A program made the translations under genes and the position numbers. A stretch of 64,000 bases of DNA from an uncultured Puniceicoccaceae bacterium (GTDB lineage Bacteria; Verrucomicrobiota; Verrucomicrobiia; Opitutales; Oceanipulchritudinaceae): contig CAWVVV010000004.1 in the NCBI GenBank assembly GCA_963933835.1, forward strand, positions 64,001-128,000, in the 5' to 3' direction. Below, piece after piece: positions 57,333 to 64,000 of the stretch. Under the pieces are notes generated by a model, which was given only the letters and a program-made list of their open reading frames with translations, had not been told where the DNA came from and did no database searches. How positions within the stretch are numbered: position 1 is the stretch's first letter; each line of letters opens with the position of its first letter.

Positions 57333-59000
57333 ATGTCTGACTCATTTAATAATCCTTCCGATGACCCAAGGCTCTCCGCTTACCTTTTTGATGAAATGGA
57401 GCCGGAAGCGCGCGCCTTGTTTGAGGAAGAACTAGCAGCGGATGACCAGCTCAACGCCGCCCTTACAAAGCTTCGCCAGGTATCGAGCATACTAGGGCGT
57501 GCCTTTGCCGAAGAATCCGTCATCAACGAGATCGAAGACGAAGCCCCTGTTCAGCCGGAGCGGGCTCCTCGCAAACTTTCTGCGCGGGCCAGAGCAGGGA
57601 GGGTTTCGAGGTTTCGGCACGAAATTCCGAGAATCAACACTTCGGTGAAAAATCGCTATGCGGCCGTCGCTGCAGCCAGCGCTGCTGCAGTCGTGTTGGC
57701 AGGTCTCATTACATTGCAGTCCGTCGTCGACTTTTCAGGCGGAGATCGTGATCAAGCGATGTATGTGCCGCTGACAACAACGAAGAAGGGCGATTACAAT
57801 GAATCGGTTCCACTCGCAGAAGAGATCGCTAAAGACATCGCGGTTGAGAGCGCTGTCTTTCAGGAGCAACTCTACTTAGTTAGCAACGAAGTCGCAACGG
57901 GCCTTGCTGATGTGATGGACAGTGATGCCGCAGGGGCGATGGAGCCACCGAGTGTGATTTCAGCCGCGCCAAAGGCGTCGAGCGCGCGCTACGCTTTCAA
58001 TAACTCCAAGCCTGAGATATCGCTCGAGTCGGCCTTTGCGGAGATGCCATCCCGTGCTGCGAATGAGGCTCCTACTAAAAAGAAGCAACCGCGTGTGCTT
58101 CTGAAGAGTGATCGCTCGATCGCCGCAGTATCTGATTATCAATCAACGATTGATTTCCAATTTTCTCGCATACCGTTGCACGTGGAAACAAATGACCTCG
58201 GTGATCTCCGCAGGCAAATGGGGAGGGCCAAGGAGGTTGAGATCTCAGAGATAACAATCACTGGTTTAGTGAATGCCTTTGACTACTCAGGGATGGGTGA
58301 GCTTGGGACGGTGAAAAACAACCCGTTTGTGATCGATCTGGAGGTTGCTCAGTCGCCATGGAATCGCGTCCACTATTTGGTCCGGCTTACGCTCGAGTCC
58401 AGAGAGGAAAGTAACTCTGAACCTGCGAGACCAGACAGGCCCAATTATCTCGCTGAGGATGTTCGGCTCGAAGTTAAGTTTAACCCAGAGCAAATCGCGG
58501 CGTATCGACTTATTGGATACGAGCCAGAGGTGGTCAGCTCTGACGAGATTTTTTCTACGCCAGGTGAAACGGTAGACTATGGGCATGAATTGACGATGCT
58601 CTACGAAGTCATTCCAGTAGGGAGTCCCGTCTCACGGCAAATGCGCGCTGCCGAGGATGGCTTCGAAATTGCGCCTTCCTCTGCCTCAGGCGGGCAGCGA
58701 GGCACGGAATTGCTTTGGGCCCATGTTGAATACGCCTTACCGGATACTGAAGAACGCCTTTCGCTAGCTCAGGCGCTGACGATGCCCTCAGAAGTTCCGT
58801 CCTGGCACGGAGCTTCTCGTGCGTTCCAATGGGCGGCTGCGGTTGCAAGCTTTGGTATGGAGATCTTGGAAGACCCCCTCCTTACTGGTGCGAATTGGGA
58901 GCTGATAGAAGCGCTTGCACGGTCTGGGGCAGGGGAGCAAACGGAGGAAAACTTCCTCGAGTTTATCAGTATGATCGAAAACGCGCGGGCACTTGAATAG
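57333..59000 (+). CDS. Anti-sigma factor fused to YfbK-like domains (vWF_A N-terminal part plus DUF3520-like), with no VWA core
   Basis: DPRLSAYLFDEM anti-sigma start, one TM helix, LVNAFDY...PF..LEVA.SPWN..H.LVR, then directly AEDVRLEVKFNP...YRLIGYE, LYEVIP, FQWAAAVASFG. Confidence 0.8.
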   Translation: MSDSFNNPSDDPRLSAYLFDEMEPEARALFEEELAADDQLNAALTKLRQVSSILGRAFAEESVINEIEDEAPVQPERAPRKLSARARAGRVSRFRHEIPRINTSVKNRYAAVAAASAAAVVLAGLITLQSVVDFSGGDRDQAMYVPLTTTKKGDYNESVPLAEEIAKDIAVESAVFQEQLYLVSNEVATGLADVMDSDAAGAMEPPSVISAAPKASSARYAFNNSKPEISLESAFAEMPSRAANEAPTKKKQPRVLLKSDRSIAAVSDYQSTIDFQFSRIPLHVETNDLGDLRRQMGRAKEVEISEITITGLVNAFDYSGMGELGTVKNNPFVIDLEVAQSPWNRVHYLVRLTLESREESNSEPARPDRPNYLAEDVRLEVKFNPEQIAAYRLIGYEPEVVSSDEIFSTPGETVDYGHELTMLYEVIPVGSPVSRQMRAAEDGFEIAPSSASGGQRGTELLWAHVEYALPDTEERLSLAQALTMPSEVPSWHGASRAFQWAAAVASFGMEILEDPLLTGANWELIEALARSGAGEQTEENFLEFISMIENARALE

Positions 59001-59056
59001 ACAGTCGCTTGGCTGTCCGTTGACATTTTAACCGAGCACGTTTTTCTCAACCAACG

Positions 59057-59485
59057 ATGTCCTCCTCTTTTTCTCGACTCGTCCTCCTCAGCTTGTTTGT
59101 TGCTGGTCTGAGTGCACAGATGCGCCCGAATGCGCCTATCCAAAATTTTCGGTACCCTGTTTTTGGCGACAATGGCTACCGCATTTGGGAGCTTCGAGGC
59201 GTTGAAGGCCGTTATCTATCCGATGAAGAGAGCTTGATCCTCGGGATGGATTTGAAGGTGTTTTCTGGTGATGAGTCGATGACGCTGGAAACCAGAATAC
59301 GCAGTCCAGAGGCACGCATTAATTTTCCAAACGCAACCGCAGAAGGTTCCTCAACCTTGTTTGTCACCGGGCAAAGCTACGAGATCGAGGGTTCAAACTG
59401 GAAGTGGGAGGGCAAAGCCAAATGTATGACGGTGGTTGATGGGTCCCGAGTAGTCTTCTTTGATTCGATAGATATTTTAAAATGA
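59057..59485 (+). CDS. LptC-like LPS export periplasmic protein
   Basis: N-terminal signal, beta-rich sequence, overlaps the lptA-like gene (ATGA) upstream of lptB. Confidence 0.7.
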   Translation: MSSSFSRLVLLSLFVAGLSAQMRPNAPIQNFRYPVFGDNGYRIWELRGVEGRYLSDEESLILGMDLKVFSGDESMTLETRIRSPEARINFPNATAEGSSTLFVTGQSYEIEGSNWKWEGKAKCMTVVDGSRVVFFDSIDILK

Positions 59486-60138
59486 ATAAATGCTTCTTCT
59501 TCGTCGCCTTTATGGGCTCGCTTTGCGGCCTCATGGCGCAAAATGCGCAGCAGAATCAGCAGCGCACATCGATCGACAGCGATCTTCTCGAGATGCAAGG
59601 CACTGAAGAACGCAATTTCTTCTATTTTCGAGGAAATGTCCGCGTCCACGGCACTGATCTCGAAATTTATTGTGACGAACTCACCGTCACCTCTCAACGA
59701 AAGGCAGAGTCAGCCGATGAGACGCTTGGTGAACTAGGAGCGATCAAGAAAATTGTCGCCCTTGGGAATGTGAAGATTGACCAGGCTGGAAGACAAGCGA
59801 CGGCCGGACGCGTCGAGGTGGACCCCTCGAGTGGAACCATCCACTTTTTGGAAGACCCTGTCATTATGCAGGCAGGAAACGAAGTGCGGGCTTATGGCTT
59901 CATCTTTTATACGAATGAAAAGCGCTTTGAGACGATCAACCCGCCCGGCTTTGTCCCTGGGCAGGCTAGGGAACGCACAACGCTCTTCATCGATACAGCG
60001 GAGTCTCTGACTTCACTTGTGCCCGAAGAAGAGGTGACGGTGGGTGCAGAGGTGGATCCCGACACTTCGACAGAGCTTGGAACCGAGACGCCAGAAAGTG
60101 AAGATGTGACCGACAACACAGGAGCCATTGATGAGTGA
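59482..60138 (+). CDS. lptA: LptA/OstA family protein
   Basis: Signal peptide, I.SD.L, F.GNV.V, CD.L.V, I.A.GNV.I.Q. Confidence 0.85.
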   Translation: MNKCFFFVAFMGSLCGLMAQNAQQNQQRTSIDSDLLEMQGTEERNFFYFRGNVRVHGTDLEIYCDELTVTSQRKAESADETLGELGAIKKIVALGNVKIDQAGRQATAGRVEVDPSSGTIHFLEDPVIMQAGNEVRAYGFIFYTNEKRFETINPPGFVPGQARERTTLFIDTAESLTSLVPEEEVTVGAEVDPDTSTELGTETPESEDVTDNTGAIDE

Positions 60139-60874
60139 AAATGTAGCCACTCGCACGAGCCTTGAGACAAAAGGGTTAGTAAAGGTTTTTGGTCGTAAAC
60201 GCGTTGTAGACGGTGTCGACCTGCGCGTCGAAGCAGGCGAAGTCGTGGGCCTCCTTGGACCCAATGGGGCAGGCAAGACGACCTCTTTTTACATGATTGT
60301 AGGTCTAGTCGCCGCAACCAGAGGCACGGTTCACTATGGTGGGCAGAATATCACTGCACTCCCGATGTATAAGCGTTCGCGTCTCGGAATTGGCTATCTG
60401 CCTCAGGAGCCGTCCGTCTTTAGGAACCTGACCGTCTATGACAATTTGCTCGCGATTGCTGAAACGCTACAACTTTCACGCAAAGAGCGGATCGAAAAGA
60501 TCGAGCGTCACCTGAGCGAACTCGGCTTAGAGGGCCTTGAAAGCCAGAAGGCATTCACCCTTAGTGGGGGCGAAAGACGTCGACTAGAAATCGCACGTGC
60601 GCTCGTTACGGATCCCAAGTTTTTGCTCATGGACGAACCCTTCGCGGGCGTTGACCCCATAAGCGTTGCCGAGGTTCAGTCGATCATTCGCTCTCTTCGC
60701 GAGCAGGGTATTGGCATTCTAATTACAGACCACAATGTCCGGGAAACCTTGAAGGTAGTTGACCGCGCCTACCTTCTGCACTACGGAAATGTGCTCGTTG
60801 AGGGCAAGCGTGAGGTTTTGATTAATGATCCCCAGGCTCGGAAGTTCTACTTGGGCGATAGCTTTCAACTGTGA
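60131..60874 (+). CDS. lptB: LPS export ABC transporter ATP-binding protein
   Basis: GPNGAGKTT, YLPQEPSVF, LSGGERRRLE, DEPFAGVDP, ITDHNVRE, YLG. Confidence 0.97.
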   Translation: MSENVATRTSLETKGLVKVFGRKRVVDGVDLRVEAGEVVGLLGPNGAGKTTSFYMIVGLVAATRGTVHYGGQNITALPMYKRSRLGIGYLPQEPSVFRNLTVYDNLLAIAETLQLSRKERIEKIERHLSELGLEGLESQKAFTLSGGERRRLEIARALVTDPKFLLMDEPFAGVDPISVAEVQSIIRSLREQGIGILITDHNVRETLKVVDRAYLLHYGNVLVEGKREVLINDPQARKFYLGDSFQL

Positions 60875-60969
60875 CCTTTTTCGGGCTTTTAAGCACAAAG
60901 AGATAGAATTCGGACGAGATTTTTGCTTTCTCGATTGCGATAGGGCGTCTGGACGTTTTCGATCCAAGC

Positions 60970-61932
60970 ATGCCCCTCCGCGCCCAAGCAAAGACAGTCG
61001 ATAGTATCAAGGTTCAGCGCTTTTTTGATCAGGGCAAAGAGGAGTTGGAGCTTTCCCTCGTTGCTGGCGAAGAGGGTCTAGATCGGCCGATCAGCGAAAA
61101 ATCTATCAACCGGCCCGCTCTAGCCGTCACGGGGTACTTCAAATCCTTCGCTTATGGTCGCGTCCAGATTTTTGGCGCCGGGGAAAGTGTTTACCTAGAG
61201 GATCAGAATGACGCCGATGAGGAACGTGTTCTACGCTGGATAACGTCCCAAGACGTTCCTTGTATGATCGTTTCTCGGAACCTGCGCCCATCTCAAATTC
61301 TGATCGATCTAGCAAACGAAGCTAAAATCCCCCTCTTTCTAACCCCTTTGACCACACGGGATTTGACGAATGCTGCCACATTGATCCTGGAAGAAGCGTT
61401 CGCTCCGCGCATTTCTGAGCATGGCACGTTATTGGATGTGAAGGGAATCGGTGTTCTTATTCGCGGCCGGAGCGGTGTCGGTAAAAGCGAATGCGCCTTA
61501 GCGCTTGTTGAGCGAGGCCACAGCTTGGTTGCCGATGATTTGGTTCACATTCGCAAGGACAGCGAGAATGTCCTTCGTGGACGCAGTAGTGAGCTGAACC
61601 GTGGTTATATGGAGTGTCGGGGTATTGGTATCGTCCATATCGGTGAATTATTCGGGGTTCGAGCTGTGCGTGTCGAAAAGAAGATCGATCTTGTAGTAAC
61701 TTTTGAAGAGTGGAAGCACGGGATGCTTGAAGAAAGGACCGGTTTAGAAATGGATGACTATACGATTCTAGGGGCATCGATACCTCACATCGTTCTTCCC
61801 GTCCGACCGGGGAGGGACCTTGCCCGGTTAGTTGAAGTTTCTGCTCTCGTCCAAGCATTAAAATTAATCGGACATGACTCGGCAAAAGAGTTCAATGAAC
61901 GCCTTATTAAACACATGTCTAAGCCTGTCTAA
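60970..61932 (+). CDS. hprK: HPr(Ser) kinase/phosphorylase
   Basis: [40 protein letters not shown]. Confidence 0.96.
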   Translation: MPLRAQAKTVDSIKVQRFFDQGKEELELSLVAGEEGLDRPISEKSINRPALAVTGYFKSFAYGRVQIFGAGESVYLEDQNDADEERVLRWITSQDVPCMIVSRNLRPSQILIDLANEAKIPLFLTPLTTRDLTNAATLILEEAFAPRISEHGTLLDVKGIGVLIRGRSGVGKSECALALVERGHSLVADDLVHIRKDSENVLRGRSSELNRGYMECRGIGIVHIGELFGVRAVRVEKKIDLVVTFEEWKHGMLEERTGLEMDDYTILGASIPHIVLPVRPGRDLARLVEVSALVQALKLIGHDSAKEFNERLIKHMSKPV

Positions 61933-62353
61933 TCGAGACTGTTCCTGCGTCTTCGGAGCAATTGCTTAACATAACATTTTCCATGCCTAGCGTCACAAGT
62001 TCGTCACAATTAATTATTAAGATTACAATGTTAATAACATGTGTGAAAGTTGATCTTGAAAGTGCCATTACAGTGGGAATAACTTTCAGCGCTACTCAGG
62101 CAATCTTCACAGAGCGCCTAAGTTTAAATTCACTTTGCTAGTTCTCCTCTTTAATTGTAAATTATAACCACGGCATAAGTTGCTCTTATAAAGGCACTTA
62201 AAGCCTGCTCCGCTCCTTTAAAAATGTCTTTGCTTACCTCTGCTTTTCGTCTCTCCCTCTGCGCTCCTGCCTTTGTTGACCTCGGATACTGTGTCTCTTG
62301 CACATATTCAGCCTGAATCGCGATTGTGAATAATCTTATCCAATCTCGATAAC
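61933..62353. promoter_or_regulatory. AT-rich dnaA upstream region with DnaA-box-like sites
   Basis: TGTGAATAA 62325-62333 (reverse complement TTATTCACA); one-mismatch boxes at 62074-62082 and 62296-62304; palindrome 62028-62040; CGTCACAA direct repeat at 61991 and 62002. Confidence 0.55.
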
Positions 62354-63787
62354 ATGACTGATTCTACTGTAACCTTTGAGATCTGGCCATCCGTCCTCGA
62401 GGAACTGCGCTCCGCCTTCCCAGTGGACACCTTCAATACGTGGTTCAGAAACCTTACGCCGCATTGGAATGGCGAGGATCAGCTCACGCTCTCGGCGAGC
62501 AATGAGTTTACTGCCATTTGGCTAGAGGAAAACTATTTAGAACTCTTGACTGAAAAGGTGAGTCAACGCGCGGGTTGTATCGTCGAGCTTGAGATTTTGG
62601 GCGCTCCAGCCGTTGTTGAGATGGCGGCACCTCAAACAGTTGAGAATGTAGTAGAAACTCCAGAACACAGCTTTTCCAATGGGCGCCTGCCGTCCCGGTT
62701 TGACACCACGGCAGCCACACGAGGTTTGGATCGAGCAGCCAAAAGGCAGAAAAGCTACATCAACCCCCGCAATACCTTCGAAAACTTCATCGTAGGCCCT
62801 AGCAATCAATTGGCACATGCAGCGGCGACCGCCGTCGCTGCTGAACCTGGGCACGCTTACAATCCGCTCTTCCTCTACGGTGACACAGGGCTGGGTAAGA
62901 CCCACCTCATGCACGCCATGGCGCATGCGATACAGGAGAAGGATCCAAGTGCAGTCGTCGTTTACGCCTCTTGTGAGAAGTTCACGAACAAGTTTCTCAA
63001 AGCGATCCGCGAAAACTCGCTTGATGAATTCAGGCGCTCTTTTCGAAAGATAGACGTCTTATTGATTGATGATATTCAATTCCTCGAAGGAAAGGAACGC
63101 ACCCAGGAGGAGTTTTTCCACACCTTCAACGACCTCTTTGAATCTCAACGCCAGATTTGCCTGTCTTCTGACCGGCCTGCGAGCGAGATTTCTAAGTTAG
63201 AGGCCCGTCTTGTCTCACGCTTCCAATGGGGCATGGCGACTGACATCCAGGCCCCCGACCTCGAGACACGCATTGCGATTTTCAAGAAGAAGGCCCTCGC
63301 GCAGGGTAATTGTAATGTCCCAGACGAAGTGCTCGAATTCCTCGCCCAGCGCATCACTCGTAGCGTTCGCCGGATGGAAGGCGCGTTGATGAAGGTCGTC
63401 GCGTTCTCACGTCTGACGCAAAAGCCGCTTGATATCCCAACAACAGAGCAGCTCGTTCGCGACATCCTACAGGAAGAGGCGCAAAACCAGATTTCAGTTG
63501 AGCTGATTCAGCGAAAGGTGGTCAATTATTTTGATCTCAAACTCGGCGACATGACGAGTAAGCGTCGCCCCAGCCATATCGCCTTCCCTCGACAAATCGC
63601 GATGTATCTTAGCCGGATACTGACTGATCTTCCGCTCAAGCTAATCGGGCAGGGGTTCGGTGGGCGTGATCACGGAACAGTGATTCATGCCTGCAAGACG
63701 GTCGAAAATATCATGGATCAAGATGATAAGGTGAAGCGTAACGTCGACTACCTGATCAAGCAGCTCAATGGCAGTGTGGGTGCTTAG
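62354..63787 (+). CDS. dnaA: Chromosomal replication initiator DnaA
   Basis: TFENF.VG.SN, YNPLFLYG.TGLGKTH, IDDIQF, QEEFFHTFN, RL.SRF.WG, FGGRDHGTVIHA. Confidence 0.97.
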   Translation: MTDSTVTFEIWPSVLEELRSAFPVDTFNTWFRNLTPHWNGEDQLTLSASNEFTAIWLEENYLELLTEKVSQRAGCIVELEILGAPAVVEMAAPQTVENVVETPEHSFSNGRLPSRFDTTAATRGLDRAAKRQKSYINPRNTFENFIVGPSNQLAHAAATAVAAEPGHAYNPLFLYGDTGLGKTHLMHAMAHAIQEKDPSAVVVYASCEKFTNKFLKAIRENSLDEFRRSFRKIDVLLIDDIQFLEGKERTQEEFFHTFNDLFESQRQICLSSDRPASEISKLEARLVSRFQWGMATDIQAPDLETRIAIFKKKALAQGNCNVPDEVLEFLAQRITRSVRRMEGALMKVVAFSRLTQKPLDIPTTEQLVRDILQEEAQNQISVELIQRKVVNYFDLKLGDMTSKRRPSHIAFPRQIAMYLSRILTDLPLKLIGQGFGGRDHGTVIHACKTVENIMDQDDKVKRNVDYLIKQLNGSVGA

Positions 63788-63855
63788 GCTCTCTTTCTAA
63801 GGCGAATACGCCTTACGGATTGCTAGTCACACGGTTCAACCTTTGCTTATCGACA

Positions 63856-64000
63856 ATGGATCTTAGCGATGAACAAAAACGTATCGTAGCCTCATGGATA
63901 GCCGACGGCTTGAGCCTTGCTGAGGTTCAGCGCCGCCTAGAAAGTGAGATGGAATTACGGATGACCTACATGGACGTCCGCTTTCTCATTGATGACCTTG
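63856..64000 (+). CDS. Hypothetical protein, 5' part running off the window; not DnaN
   Basis: MDLSDEQKRIVASWIADGLSLAEVQRRLESEMELRMTYMDVRFLIDDL, open to the edge. Confidence 0.75.
   Translation, partial: MDLSDEQKRIVASWIADGLSLAEVQRRLESEMELRMTYMDVRFLIDDL

Noticed and set aside
61933..62353. Definite oriC call
   Set aside because: Only one consensus DnaA box, no dnaN, and GC skew cannot be assessed from this window.
1..64000. Many 60-240 aa ORFs antisense to or overlapping recognised genes (for example 20778-21491, 28305-28928, 54389-55063)
   Set aside because: Shadow frames of well-supported genes, with no recognisable motifs.
1..64000. tRNA, rRNA, transposase, integrase, prophage or defence genes
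   Set aside because: None recognised by eye; tRNAscan-SE and cmscan would be needed to exclude small RNAs formally.

Overview
64 kb of bacterial core chromosome. Gene content and protein style suggest Verrucomicrobiota (Opitutales/Puniceicoccaceae-like); this is an inference. It holds about 55 intact genes for translation and tRNA modification (hisS, serS, gltX, glnS, tilS, mnmA, queA, obg, zinc-free L36/L31, hpf), chromosome maintenance (smc, recR, ybaB, HU, a dnaA not followed by dnaN), envelope (lptF/G-like, lptC-A-B), central metabolism (acs, gap-pgk-tpiA, GH13 debranching enzyme, PPi-type PEP carboxykinase, speA, menF, menG) and two ECF sigma/anti-sigma pairs. I saw no rRNA, tRNA, CRISPR array, transposase or prophage, and I cannot confidently claim a new multi-gene system. 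The strongest unexplained signals are: (1) a TTG-type -35 hexamer 34-37 nt before many SD-less start codons, suggesting widespread leaderless mRNAs; (2) eight broken accessory genes among intact core genes, including a head-to-head M14 peptidase/GspE fusion at a 9-bp microhomology; (3) a 1.1 kb patch of short periodic repeats forming nested inverted repeats; (4) a long hairpin in the hpf/raiA leader; (5) an ECF anti-sigma with a YfbK module lacking its VWA domain, just upstream of lptCAB; (6) a ClpX-like ATPase with no zinc-binding domain and a duplicated small domain.
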